Origin: the human T2T-CHM13v2.0 reference genome, Homo sapiens
Length of the DNA stretch: 64,000 nucleotides
Reading direction: 5' to 3' (one strand)
NCBI RefSeq assembly: GCF_009914755.1
Contig: NC_060948.1
Shown here: positions 15,897 through 35,247 of the stretch, in pieces
Position numbering within the stretch: the stretch's first letter is position 1
How the letters are laid out: each line of letters opens with the position of its first letter
Translations under genes and position numbers: made by a program
The notes under the pieces: generated by a model
What the model saw: only the letters and a program-made list of their open reading frames with translations
What the model was told of the DNA's origin: nothing
The model's database searches: none

Positions 15897-18022
15897 AGAT
15901 CCATATTTTTTAAATGAAAAAAAATTTCAAAGGTACTCTGCTTGGTACAATAATCAAATGTATAAACTGAGGAATAAAACATAACCATGAAACCTACTTA
16001 TAACTGCATATGGAAAATACAGAGGATAATTTTTTAAATAACATATTTTGAAAGCCTTAACTAGTAATTTGAAGAGTTGGCATTTGAAAGGCCAGTATGA
16101 ATATACCTTCAAAGCAGCAACACAGGTTCCCCATGAGAAAAAGCAAACTCAGGGAAAATAAAACCACAAAGGTTCAATCTCTTCTGACCTTTGAAAGACA
16201 CAGCACAGACAGTGGTCCTTAGGACGAAGAGCAGGAGACCCCTAATTCCGTCACCATGGCGATAGGGCATAAACACTGCTGGGTGAGGGCACAATCCACA
16301 TTGTGAGGTCCAACTGCTGCCAGGAAGACAGGAGTGCTTTTACATAGACCGAAAGGTCATTGAAGGCTCAGAGTTTTGTTTCAAGAACTGAATCCCAAGC
16401 CCACACGTTATTAGGCTGCGCTTCTTAAAACAAGTTATGAGATGGGAAAAAGGGCACCCACAAACATACGTATACATTATGTATATAATAATATACAATA
16501 TCATATATATAATATATATAACCTATGTATAATATTGTTTTACATCCTGCATCTTATATTATATATATTGTATAAAATACAATAATTGATAATATATAAG
16601 TTTTATATTTATACAATATGACATATAGTATAAATTATAATTTATGACATATAATATATATGTTATATATCATATATAGAATATATTATACGGTTAATAT
16701 ACGTATTAAATATAAATTATACATTATATATATTATATATAATATATCTGCTATATATAATACGCATTATGCATATTATATATATTATGTCTATGTTATA
16801 TATAGTATAAAACAACATATAATAATATATAATTGTATATATAAAATGCGACATATAATATATAATATATTTTATGACATATGTAATATATATTATATAT
16901 TATATATAATACGTTGTATGTATAATACCTATATTAAATATATATTATATGACTATGTTATTAATTACATGTCACATATGTTATATATTATATATTTTAC
17001 ATAGAATGTACCGGTTACATACAATATATACTATGTTACCTATAATGTATAATTTATTACATGTAAAATAAAGAATGCAATATATTATGTATAATTTATA
17101 ATATACAATATGTGGAATGTGATATATATAACATATAATATATGATATATGATATACAGTATATGATATATAACATACAATATATGATACCTAACATATA
17201 TGGTATACAATATATATTTTATGATATGTATTCTCTATGTTTTATATTCTCTTATATATAACTATTTGAAATTATATATAACTGAGTAATATTTTATGTA
17301 AATATGTAATATAATATATATAACTATATAATATATTATATATAACTATATATTATGTTATATATACTTTTATAACATAATTTACATAAAATATCATAAT
17401 ATAATATATATTATATTATTTCATATTACATAATATATATTACATATCACCCAATATAAGTAACATACATAATATTATAATATAGATTATATTATGTTAT
17501 ATTAAATATCATATATATCATGTATCATATATTCTATAATATATATTATACATTATATAATATGTATGTTGTCTATTATGTGATATATATAACTATATAT
17601 ATAATTATTTTATTATACATATAACTAGATAAACATGTAATTCTACATATTTTCATTTATAATATATAGAATTATATAATCATATATAATTATTTATATT
17701 CTATAAAAAATTATATCATTATATAAATTATAATATATAAAAATTATAATATGTACTACAAATATATATTATATATCATATATGATATAGTACCTTTGTT
17801 ATATATCATAATACATATAAATGTGTATTATGTTATCTATAATTATATAATTTCATATATAAGATGTATAATATTTATTATATATTATATATGTTATGTA
17901 ATATATATAGTATATATAAGATGAGACAGGATAAATATTATATACTATGACATATAAAATATATGATGTTATATGTTACATATAAGGCATAGCACATAAC
18001 ATGTAATATATATCATCTATAA

Positions 18023-18314
<292 letters not shown>

Positions 18315-20416
18315 AGATCCATATTTTTTAAATGAAAAAAAATTTCAAAGGTACTCTGCTTGGTACAATAATCAAATGTATAAACTGAGGAATAAAACAT
18401 AACCATGAAACCTACTTATAACTGCATATGGAAAATACAGAGGATAATTTTTTAAATAACATATTTTGAAAGCCTTAACTAGTAATTTGAAGAGTTGGCA
18501 TTTGAAAGGCCAGTATGAATATACCTTCAAAGCAGCAACACAGGTTCCCCATGAGAAAAAGCAAACTCAGGGAAAATAAAACCACAAAGGTTCAATCTCT
18601 TCTGACCTTTGAAAGACACAGCACAAACAGTGGTCCTTAGGACGAAGAGCAGGAGACCCATAATTCCGTCACCATGGCGATAGGGCATAAACACTGCTGG
18701 GTGAGGGCACAATCCACATTGTGAGGTCCAACTGCTGCCAGGAAGACAGGAGTGCTTTTACATAGACCGAAAGGTCATTGAAGGCTCAGAGTTTTGTTTC
18801 AAGAACTGAATCCCAAGCCCACACGTTATTAGGCTGCGCTTCTTAAAACAAGTTATGAGATGGGAAAAAGGGCTCCCACAGACATACGTATACATTATGT
18901 GTATAATAATATACAGTAACATATATATAATATATATAACCTATGTATAATATTGTTTTACATCCTGCATCTTATACTATATATATTGTATAAAATATAA
19001 TAATTGATAATATATAAATTTTATATTTATACAATATGACATATAGTATATATTATAATTTATGACATATATAATATATGTTATATATCATATATAGAAT
19101 ATATTATACGGTTAAAATACGTATTAAATATAAATTATACATTATATATATTATATATAATATATCTGTTATATATAATACCCATTATGCATAATATATA
19201 TATTATGTCTATGTTATATATAGTATAAAACAACATATAATAATATATAATTGTATATATAAAATGCGACATATAATATATATTATATTTTATGACATAT
19301 GTAATATATATTATATATTATATATAATACGTTGTATGTATAATAACTATATTAAATATATGTTATATGACTGTGTTATTAACTACATGTCACATATGTT
19401 ATATATTATATATTTTACATAGAATATACCGGTTACATACAATATATACTATGTTACGTATAATGTATAATTTATTACATGTAAAATAAAGAATGCAATA
19501 TATTATGTGCAATTTATAATATACAATATGTGGAATGTGATATATATAACATATAATATATGATATATGATATACAGTATATGATATATAACATACGATA
19601 TATGATACCTAATATATATGGTATACAATATATATTTTATGATATGTATTCTATATGTTTTATATTCTGTTATATATAACTATTTGAAATTATATATAAC
19701 TGTATAATATTTTATGTAAATATGTAATATAATATATATAAATATATAATATATTATATATAACTATATATTATGTTATATATAATTTTATAACATAATT
19801 TACATAAAATATCATAATATAATATATACTATATTATTTCACATTACATAATATATATTACGTATCACCCAATATAAGTAACATACCTAATATTATAATA
19901 TAGATTATATTATGTTATATTAAATATCATATATATCATGTATCATATATTCTATAATATATATTATACATTATATAATATGTATGTTGTCTATTATGTG
20001 ATATATATAACTATATATAATTATATTATTATACATATAACTAGATAAACATGTAATTCTACATATTTTCATTTATAATGTATAGAATTATATAATCATA
20101 TAAATTATTTATATTCTATAAAAAATTATATCATTATATAAATTATAATATATAAAAATTATAATATGTACTACAAATATATATATTATATATCATATAT
20201 GATATAGTACCTTTGTTATATATCATAATACATATAAATGTGTATTATGTTATCTATAATTATATAATTTCATATATAAGATGTATAATATTTATTATAT
20301 ATTATATATGTTATGTAATATATATAGTATATATAAGATGATACAGGATAAATATTATATACTATGACATATAAAATATATGAGGTTATATGTTACATAT
20401 AAGGCATAGCACATAA

Positions 20417-20731
<315 letters not shown>

Positions 20732-22834
20732 AGATCCATATTTTTTAAATGAAAAAAAATTTCAAAGGTACTCTGCTTGGTACAATAATCAAATGTATAA
20801 ACTGAGGAATAAAACATAACCATGAAACCTACTTATAACTGCATATGGAAAATACAGAGGATAATTTTTTAAATAACATATTTTGAAAGCCTTAACTAGT
20901 AATTTGAAGAGTTGGCATTTGAAAGGCCAGTATGAATATACCTTCAAAGCAGCAACACAGGTTCCCCATGAGAAAAAGCAAACTCAGGGAAAATAAAACC
21001 ACAAAGGTTCAATCTCTTCTGACCTTTGAAAGACACAGCACAGACAGTGGTCCTTAGGACGAAGAGCAGGAGACCCCTAATTCCGTCACCATGGCGATAG
21101 GGCATAAACACTGCTGGGTGAGGGCACAATCCACATTGTGAGGTCCAACTGCTGCCAGGAAGACAGGAGTGCTTTTACATAGACCGAAAGGTCATTGAAG
21201 GCTCAGAGTTTTGTTTCAAGAACTGAATCCCAAGCCCACACGTTATTAGGCTGCGCTTCTTAAAACAAGTTATGAGATGGGAAAAAGGGCACCCACAAAC
21301 ATACGTATACATTATGTATATAATAATATACAATATCATATATATAATATATATAACCTATGTATAATATTGTTTTACATCCTGCATCTTATATTATATA
21401 TATTGTATAAAATACAATAATTGATAATATATAAGTTTTATATTTATACAATATGACATATAGTATAAATTATAATTTATGACATATAATATATATGTTA
21501 TATATCATATATAGAATATATTATACGGTTAATATACGTATTAAATATAAATTATACATTATATATATTATATATAATATATCTGCTATATATAATACGC
21601 ATTATGCATATTATATATATTATGTCTATGTTATATATAGTATAAAACAACATATAATAATATATAATTGTATATATAAAATGCGACATATAATATATAA
21701 TATATTTTATGACATATGTAATATATATTATATATTATATATAATACGTTGTATGTATAATACCTATATTAAATATATATTATATGACTATGTTATTAAT
21801 TACATGTCACATATGTTATATATTATATATTTTACATAGAATGTACCGGTTACATACAATATATACTATGTTACCTATAATGTATAATTTATTACATGTA
21901 AAATAAAGAATGCAATATATTATGTATAATTTATAATATACAATATGTGGAATGTGATATATATAACATATAATATATGATATATGATATACAGTATATG
22001 ATATATAACATACAATATATGATACCTAACATATATGGTATACAATATATATTTTATGATATGTATTCTCTATGTTTTATATTCTCTTATATATAACTAT
22101 TTGAAATTATATATAACTGAGTAATATTTTATGTAAATATGTAATATAATATATATAACTATATAATATATTATATATAACTATATATTATGTTATATAT
22201 ACTTTTATAACATAATTTACATAAAATATCATAATATAATATATATTATATTATTTCATATTACATAATATATATTACATATCACCCAATATAAGTAACA
22301 TACATAATATTATAATATAGATTATATTATGTTATATTAAATATCATATATATCATGTATCATATATTCTATAATATATATTATACATTATATAATATGT
22401 ATGTTGTCTATTATGTGATATATATAACTATATATATAATTATTTTATTATACATATAACTAGATAAACATGTAATTCTACATATTTTCATTTATAATAT
22501 ATAGAATTATATAATCATATATAATTATTTATATTCTATAAAAAATTATATCATTATATAAATTATAATATATAAAAATTATAATATGTACTACAAATAT
22601 ATATTATATATCATATATGATATAGTACCTTTGTTATATATCATAATACATATAAATGTGTATTATGTTATCTATAATTATATAATTTCATATATAAGAT
22701 GTATAATATTTATTATATATTATATATGTTATGTAATATATATAGTATATATAAGATGACACAGGATAAATATTATATACTATGACATATAAAATATATG
22801 ATGTTATATGTTACATATAAGGCATAGCACATAA

Positions 22835-23149
<315 letters not shown>

Positions 23150-25252
23150 AGATCCATATTTTTTAAATGAAAAAAAATTTCAAAGGTACTCTGCTTGGTA
23201 CAATAATCAAATGTATAAACTGAGGAATAAAACATAACCATGAAACCTACTTATAACTGCATATGGAAAATACAGAGGATAATTTTTTAAATAACATATT
23301 TTGAAAGCCTTAACTAGTAATTTGAAGAGTTGGCATTTGAAAGGCCAGTATGAATATACCTTCAAAGCAGCAACACAGGTTCCCCATGAGAAAAAGCAAA
23401 CTCAGGGAAAATAAAACCACAAAGGTTCAATCTCTTCTGACCTTTGAAAGACACAGCACAAACAGTGGTCCTTAGGACGAAGAGCAGGAGACCCATAATT
23501 CCGTCACCATGGCGATAGGGCATAAACACTGCTGGGTGAGGGCACAATCCACATTGTGAGGTCCAACTGCTGCCAGGAAGACAGGAGTGCTTTTACATAG
23601 ACCGAAAGGTCATTGAAGGCTCAGAGTTTTGTTTCAAGAACTGAATCCCAAGCCCACACGTTATTAGGCTGCGCTTCTTAAAACAAGTTATGAGATGGGA
23701 AAAAGGGCTCCCACAGACATACGTATACATTATGTGTATAATAATATACAGTAACATATATATAATATATATAACATATGTATAATATTGTTTTACATCC
23801 TGCATCTTATACTATATATATTGTATAAAATATAATAATTGATAATATATAAATTTTATATTTATACAATATGACATATAGTATATATTATAATTTATGA
23901 CATATATAATATATGTTATATATCATATATAGAATATATTATACGGTTAAAATACGTATTAAATATAAATTATACATTATATATATTATATATAATATAT
24001 CTGTTATATATAATACCCATTATGCATAATATATATATTATGTCTATGTTATATATAGTATAAAACAACATATAATAATATATAATTGTATATATAAAAT
24101 GCGACATATAATATATATTATATTTTATGACATATGTAATATATATTATATATTATATATAATACGTTGTATGTATAATAACTATATTAAATATATGTTA
24201 TATGACTGTGTTATTAACTACATGTCACATATGTTATATATTATATATTTTACATAGAATATACCGGTTACATACAATATATACTATGTTACGTATAATG
24301 TATAATTTATTACATGTAAAATAAAGAATGCAATATATTATGTGCAATTTATAATATACAATATGTGGAATGTGATATATATAACATATAATATATGATA
24401 TATGATATACAGTATATGATATATAACATACGATATATGATACCTAATATATATGGTATACAATATATATTTTATGATATGTATTCTATATGTTTTATAT
24501 TCTGTTATATATAACTATTTGAAATTATATATAACTGTATAATATTTTATGTAAATATGTAATATAATATATATAAATATATAATATATTATATATAACT
24601 ATATATTATGTTATATATACTTTTATAACATAATTTACATAAAATATCATAATATAATATATACTATATTATTTCACATTACATAATATATATTACGTAT
24701 CACCCAATATAAGTAACATACCTAATATTATAATATAGATTATATTATGTTATATTAAATATCATATATATCATGTATCATATATTCTATAATATATATT
24801 ATACATTATATAATATGTATGTTGTCTATTATGTGATATATATAACTATATATAATTATATTATTATACATATAACTAGATAAACATGTAATTCTACATA
24901 TTTTCATTTATAATATATAGAATTATATAATCATATATAATTATTTATATTCTATAAAAAATTATATCATTATATAAATTATAATATATAAAAATTATAA
25001 TATGTACTACAAATATATATATTATATATCATATATGATATAGTACCATTGTTATATATCATTATACATATAAATGTGTATTATGATATCTATAATTATA
25101 TAATTTCATATATAAGTTGTATAATATGTATTATATATTATATATATTATGTAATATATATAGTATATATAAGATGACACAGGATAAATATTATATACTA
25201 TGACATATAAAATATATGAGGTTATATGTTACATATAAGGCATAGCACATAA

Positions 25253-25567
<315 letters not shown>

Positions 25568-27672
25568 AGATCCATATTTTTTAAATGAAAAAAACTTTCA
25601 AAGGTACTCTGCTTGGTACAATAATCAAATGTATAAACTGAGGAATAAAACATAACCATGAAACCTACTTATAACTGCATATGGAAAATACAGAAGATAA
25701 TTTTTTAAATAACATATTTTGAAAGCCTTAACTAGTAATTTGAAGAGTTGGCATTTGAAAGGCCAGTATGAATATACCTTCAAAGCAGCAACACAGGTTC
25801 CCCTTGAGAAAAATCAAACTCAGGGAAAATAAAACCACAAAGGTTCAATCTCTTCTGACCATTGAAAGACACAGCACAGACAGTGGTCCTTAGGACGAAG
25901 AGCAGGAGACCCCTAATTCCGTCACCATGGCGATAGGGCATAAACACTGCTGGGTGAGGGCACAATCCACATTGTGAGGTCCAACTGCTGCCAGGAAGAC
26001 AGGAGTGCTTTTACATAGACCGAAAGGTCATTGAAGGCTCAGAGTTTTGTTTCAAGAACTGAATCCCAAGCCCACACGTTATTAGGCTGCGCTTCTTAAA
26101 ACAAGTTATGAGATGGGAAAAAGGGTACCCACAGACATACGTATACATTATGTATATAATAATATACAGTATCATATATATAATATATATAACCTATGTA
26201 TAATATTGTTTTACATCCTGCATCTTATACTATATATATTGTATAAAATATAATAATTGATAATATATAAATTTTATATTTATACAATATGACATATAGT
26301 ATATATTATAATTTATGACATATATAATATATGTTATATATCATATATAGAATATATTATACGGTTAATATACGTATTAAATATAAATTATACATTATAT
26401 ATATTATATATAATATATCTGTTATATATAATACCCATTATGCATAATATATATATTATGTCTATGTTATATATAGTATAAAACAACATATAATAATATA
26501 TAATTGTATATATAAAATGCGACATATAATATATATTATATTTTATGACATATGTAATATATATTATATATTATATATAATACGTTGTATGTATAATACC
26601 TATATTAAATATATGTTATATGACTGTGTTATTAATTACATGTCACATATGTTATATATTATATATTTTACATAGAATATACCGGTTACATACAATATAT
26701 ACTATGTTACGTATAATGTATAATTTATTACATGTAAAATAAAGAATGCAATATATTATGTGCAATTTATAATATACAATATGTGGAATGTGATATATAT
26801 AACATATAATATATGATATATGATATACAGTATATGATATATAACATACAATATATGATACCTAATATATATGGTATACAATATATATTTTATGATATGT
26901 ATTCTATATGTTTTATATTCTGTTATATATAACTATTTGAAATTATATATAACTGTATAATATTTTATGTAAATATGTAATATAATATATATAAATATAT
27001 AATATATTATATATAACTATATATTATGTTATATATACTTTTATAACATAATTTACATAAAATATCATAATATAATATATACTATATTATTTCACATTAC
27101 ATAATATATATTACGTATCACCCAATATAAGTAACATACCTAATATTATAATATAGATTATATTATGTTATATTAAATATCATATATATCATGTATCATA
27201 TATTCTATAATATATATTATACATTATATAATATGTATGTTGTCTATTATGTGATATATATAACTATATATATAATTATATTATTATACATATAACTAGA
27301 TAAACATGTAATTCTACATATTTTCATTTATAATATATAGAATTATATAATCATATATAATTATTTATATTCTATAATAAATTATATCATTATATAAATT
27401 ATAATATATAAAAATTATAATATGTACTACAAATATATATATTACATATCATATATGATATAGTACCATTGTTATATATCATAATACATATAAATGTGTA
27501 TTATGATATCTATAATTATATAATTTCATATATAAGATGTATAATATGTATTATATATTATATATGTTATGTAATATATATAGTATATATAAGATGACAC
27601 AGGATAAATATTATATACTATGACATATAAAATATATGAGGTTATATGTTACATATAAGGCATAGCACATAA

Positions 27673-27987
<315 letters not shown>

Positions 27988-30115
27988 AGATCCATATTTT
28001 TTAAATGAAAAAAAATTTCAAAGGTTCTCTGCTTGGTACAATAATCAAATGTATAAACTGAGGAATAAAACATAACCATGAAACCTACTTATAACTGCAT
28101 ATGGAAAATACAGAGGATAATTTTTTAAATAACATATTTTGAAAGCCTTAACTAGTAATTTGAAGAGTTGGCATTTGAAAGGCCAGTATGAATATACCTT
28201 CAAAGCAGCAACACAGGTTCCCCATGAGAAAAAGCAAACTCAGGGAAAATAAAACCACAAAGGTTCAATCTCTTCTGACCTTTGAAAGACACAGCACAGA
28301 CAGTGGTCCTTAGGACGAAGAGCAGGAGACCCCTAATTCCGTCACCATGGCGATAGGGCATAAACATTGCTGGGTGAGGGCACAATCCACATTGTGAGGT
28401 CCAACTGCTGCCAGGAAGACAGGAGTGCTTTTACATAGACCGAAAGGTCATTGAAGGCTCAGAGTTTTGTTTCAAGAACTGAATCCCAAGCCCTCACGTT
28501 ATTAGGCTGCGCTTCTTAAAACAAGCTATGAGATGGGAAAAAGGGCACCCACAAACATACGTATACATTATGTATACAATAATATACAGTATCATATATA
28601 TAATATATATAACCTATGTATAATATTGTTTTACATCCTGCATCTTATACTATATATATTGTATAAAATATAATAATTGATAATATATAAGTTTTATATT
28701 TATATTATATGACATATATTATATATTATAATTTATGATATATATATTATATGTTATATATCATATATAGAATATATTATACGGTTAATATACGTATTAA
28801 ATATAAATTATATATTATATACATTATATATAATATATCTGTTATATATAATACCCATTATGCATAATATATATATTATGTCTATGTTATATATAGTATA
28901 AAACAACATATAATAATATATAATTGTATATATAAAAGGTGACATATAATATATATTATATTTTATGACATATGTAATATATATTATATATTATATATAA
29001 TACGTTGTATGTATAATACCTATATTAACTATATATGATATGACTATGTTATTAATTACATGTCACATGTGTTATATATTATATATTTTACATACAATAT
29101 ACCGGTTACATACAATATATACTATCTTACCTACAATGTATAATTTATTACATGTAAAATAAAGAATGCAGTATATTATGTATAATTTATAATATACAAT
29201 ATGTGGAATGTGATATATATAACATATAATATATGATATATGATATACACTATATGATATATAACATACAATATATGATACCTAATATATATGGTATACA
29301 ATATATATTTTATGATATGTATTCTATATGTTTTTTATTCTGTTATATATAACTATTTGAAATTATATATAACTGTATAATATTTTATGTAAATATGTAA
29401 TATAATATATATAACTATATAATATATTATATATAACTTTATATTATGTTATATATACTTTTATAACATAATTTACATAAAATATCATAATATAATATAT
29501 ATTATATTATTTCTTATTACATAATATATATTACATATCACCCAATATAAATAACATACATAATATTATAATATAGATTATATTATGTTATATTAAATAT
29601 CATATATATCATGTATCATATATTCTATAATATATATTACACATTATATAATATGTATGTTGTCTATTATGTGATATATATAACTATATATATAATTATA
29701 TTATTATACATATAACTAGATAAACGTGTAATTCTACATATTTTCATTTATAATATATAGAATTATGTAATCATATATAATTATTTATATTCTATAAAAA
29801 ATTATATCATTATATAAATTATAATATATAAAAATTAAAATATGTACTTAAAACAGATATATTATATATCATATATGATATAGTACCTTTGTTATATATC
29901 ATAATACATATAAATGTGTATTATGTTATCTATAATTATATAATTTCGTATATAAGATGTATAATATGTATTATATATTTTATATGTTATGTAATATATA
30001 TAGTATATATAAGATGACACAGGATAAATATTATATACTATGACATATAAAATATAAGAGGTTATATGTTACATATAAGTCATACCACATAAGATGTAAT
30101 ATATATCATCTATAA

Positions 30116-30407
<292 letters not shown>

Positions 30408-32535
30408 AGATCCATATTTTTTAAATGAAAAAAAATTTCAAAGGTACTCTGCTTGGTACAATAATCAAATGTATAAACTGAGGAATAAAACATAACCATG
30501 AAACCTACTTATAACTGCATATGGAAAATACAGAGGATAATTTTTTAAATAACATATTTTGAAAGCCTTAACTAGTAATTTGAAGAGTTGGCATTTGAAA
30601 GGCCAGTATGAATATACCTTCAAAGCAGCAACACAGGTTCCCCATGAGAAAAAGCAAACTCAGGGAAAATAAAACCACAAAGGTTCAATCTCTTCTGACC
30701 TTTGAAAGACACAGCACAGACAGTGGTCCTTAGGACGAAGAGCAGGAGACCCCTAATTCCGTCACCATGGCGATAGGGCATAAACATTGCTGGGTGAGGG
30801 CACAATCCACATTGTGAGGTCCAACTGCTGCCAGGAAGACAGGAGTGCTTTTACATAGACCGAAAGGTCATTGAAGGCTCAGAGTTTTGTTTCAAGAACT
30901 GAATCCCAAGCCCACACGTTATTAGGCTGCGCTTCTTAAAACAAGCTATGAGATGGGAAAAAGGGCACCCACAAACATACGTATACATTATGTATATAAT
31001 AATATACAGTATCATATATATAATATATATAACCTATGTATAATATTGTTTTACATCCTGCATCTTATACTATATATATTGTATAAAATATAATAATTGA
31101 TAATATATAAGTTTTATATTTATACTATATGACATATATTATATATTATAATTTATGATATATATATTATATGTTATATATCATATATAGAATATATTAT
31201 ACGGTTAATATACGTATTAAATATAAATTATATATTATATACATTATATATAATATATCTGTTATATATAATACCCATTATGCATAATATATATATTATG
31301 TCTATGTTATATATAGTATAAAACAACATATAATAATATATAATTGTATATATAAAAGGTGACATATAATATATATTATATTTTATGACATATGTAATAT
31401 ATATTATATATTATATATAATACGTTGTATGTATAATACCTATATTAAATATATATGATATGACTATGTTATTAATTACATGTCACATGTGTTATATATT
31501 ATATATTTTACATACAATATACCGGTTACATACAATATATACTATCTTATCTACAATGTATAATTTATTACATGTAAAATAAAGAATGCAGTATATTATG
31601 TATAATTTATAATATACAATATGTGGAATGTGATATATATAACATATAATATATGATATATGATATACAGTATATGATATATAACATACAATATATGATA
31701 CCTAATATATATGGTATACAATATATATTTTATGATATGTATTCTATATGTTTTTTATTCTGTTATATATAACTATTTGAAATTATATATAACTGTATAA
31801 TATTTTATGTAAATATGTAATATAATATATATAACTATATAATATATTATATATAACTTTATATTATGTTATATATACTTTTATAACATAATTTACATAA
31901 AATATCATAATATAATATATATTATATTATTTCTTATTACATAATATATATTACATATCACCCAATATAAGTAACATACATAATATTATAATATAGATTA
32001 TATTATGTTATAGTAAATATCATATATATCATGTATCATATATTCTATAATATATATTACACATTATATAATATGTATGTTGTCTATTATGTGATATATA
32101 TAAGTATATATATAATTATATTATTATACATATAACTAGATAAACGTGTAATTCTACATATTTTCATTTATAATATATAGAATTATGTAATCATATATAA
32201 TTATTTATATTCTATAAAAAATTATATCATTATATAAATTATAATATATAAAAATTAAAATATGTACTTAAAACAGATATATTATATATCATATATGATA
32301 TAGTACCTTTGTTATATATCATAATACATATAAATGTGTATTATGTTATCTATAATTATATAATTTCGTATATAAGATGTATAATATGTATTATATATTT
32401 TATATGTTATGTAATATATATAGTATATATAAGATGACACAGGATAAATATTATATACTATGACATATAAAATATAAGAGGTTATATGTTACATATAAGT
32501 CATACCACATAAGATGTAATATATATCATATATAA

Positions 32536-32827
32536 TTTTTTTGTAGACAGAGTCTTGTCCTGCTGCACAGGGTGGTGTACAATGGCGCCATCTTTGCTCA
32601 CTGCAACATCTGCCTCACAGGTCCAAGCGATTGTCCTCCCTCAACCTCCCAGGTAGCTGGAACTACACCACACTGGGACTACAGCAGCTGCCACCATGCC
32701 TAGCTAATTTTTTCGATTTTTAGTAGTGACAGCGTTTCACTGTATTGGCCAGGATGGTCTTGATCTCTTCACCTTGTGATCCCCTTGCCTTGGCCTCCAA
32801 ATTTGCTGGGATTACAGGCCTGAGCCA
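32536..32827 (-). mobile_element. DYZ2 Alu copy 10
   Basis: Same antisense Alu sequence; TTGTAG variant. Confidence 0.93.
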
Positions 32828-34955
32828 AGATCCATATTTTTTAAATGAAAAAAAATTTCAAAGGTACTCTGCTTGGTACAATAATCAAATGTATAAACTG
32901 AGGAATAAAACATAACCATGAAACCTACTTATAACTGCATATGGAAAATACAGAGGATAATTTTTTAAATAACATATTTTGAAAGCCTTAACTAGTAATT
33001 TGAAGAGTTGGCATTTGAAAGGCCAGTATGAATATACCTTCAAAGCAGCAACACAGGTTCCCCATGAGAAAAAGCAAACTCAGGGAAAATAAAACCACAA
33101 AGGTTCAATCTCTTCTGACCTTTGAAAGACACAGCACAGACAGTGGTCCTTAGGACGAAGAGCAGGAGACCCCTAATTCCGTCACCATGGCGATAGGGCA
33201 TAAACATTGCTGGGTGAGGGCACAATCCACATTGTGAGGTCCAACTGCTGCCAGGAAGACAGGAGTGCTTTTACATAGACCGAAAGGTCATTGAAGGCTC
33301 AGAGTTTTGTTTCAAGAACTGAATCCCAAGCCCTCACGTTATTAGGCTGCGCTTCTTAAAACAAGCTATGAGATGGGAAAAAGGGCACCCACAAACATAC
33401 GTATACATTATGTATACAATAATATACAGTATCATATATATAATATATATAACCTATGTATAATATTGTTTTACATCCTGCATCTTATACTATATATATT
33501 GTATAAAATATAATAATTGATAATATATAAGTTTTATATTTATATTATATGACATATATTATATATTATAATTTATGATATATATATTATATGTTATATA
33601 TCATATATAGAATATATTATACGGTTAATATACGTATTAAATATAAATTATATATTATATACATTATATATAATATATCTGTTATATATAATACCCATTA
33701 TGCATAATATATATATTATGTCTATGTTATATATAGTATAAAACAACATATAATAATATATAATTGTATATATAAAAGGTGACATATAATATATATTATA
33801 TTTTATGACATATGTAATATATATTATATATTATATATAATACGTTGTATGTATAATACCTATATTAAATATATATGATATGACTATGTTATTAATTACA
33901 TGTCACATGTGTTATATATTATATATTTTACATACAATATACCGGTTACATACAATATATACTATCTTACCTACAATGTATAATTTATTACATGTAAAAT
34001 AAAGAATGCAGTATATTATGTATAATTTATAATATACAATATGTGGAATGTGATATATATAACATATAATATATGATATATGATATACACTATATGATAT
34101 ATAACATACAATATATGATACCTAATATATATGGTATACAATATATATTTTATGATATGTATTCTATATGTTTTTTATTCTGTTATATATAACTATTTGA
34201 AATTATATATAACTGTATAATATTTTATGTAAATATGTAATATAATATATATAACTATATAATATATTATATATAACTTTATATTATGTTATATATACTT
34301 TTATAACATAATTTACATAAAATATCATAATATAATATATATTATATTATTTCTTATTACATAATATATATTACATATCACCCAATATAAGTAACATACA
34401 TAATATTATAATATAGATTATATTATGTTATATTAAATATCATATATATCATGTATCATATATTCTATAATATATATTACACATTATATAATATGTATGT
34501 TGTCTATTATGTGATATATATAACTATATATATAATTATATTATTATACATATAACTAGATAAACGTGTAATTCTACATATTTTCATTTATAATATATAG
34601 AATTATGTAATCATATATAATTATTTATATTCTATAAAAAATTATATCATTATATAAATTATAATATATAAAAATTAAAATATGTACTTAAAACAGATAT
34701 ATTATATATCATATATGATATAGTACCTTTGTTATATATCATAATACATATAAATGTGTATTATGTTATCTATAATTATATAATTTCGTATATAAGATGT
34801 ATAATATGTATTATATATTTTATATGTTATGTAATATATATAGTATATATAAGATGACACAGGATAAATATTATATACTATGACATATAAAATATAAGAG
34901 GTTATATGTTACATATAAGTCATACCACATAAGATGTAATATATATCATCTATAA

Positions 34956-35247
<292 letters not shown>

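Noticed and set aside
16660-17004. 114-aa Y/I-rich ORF (also 21495-21839) and similar ORFs at 48426 and 50846
   Set aside because: Low-complexity TA translation opened by chance loss of stop codons; useful only as duplication markers.
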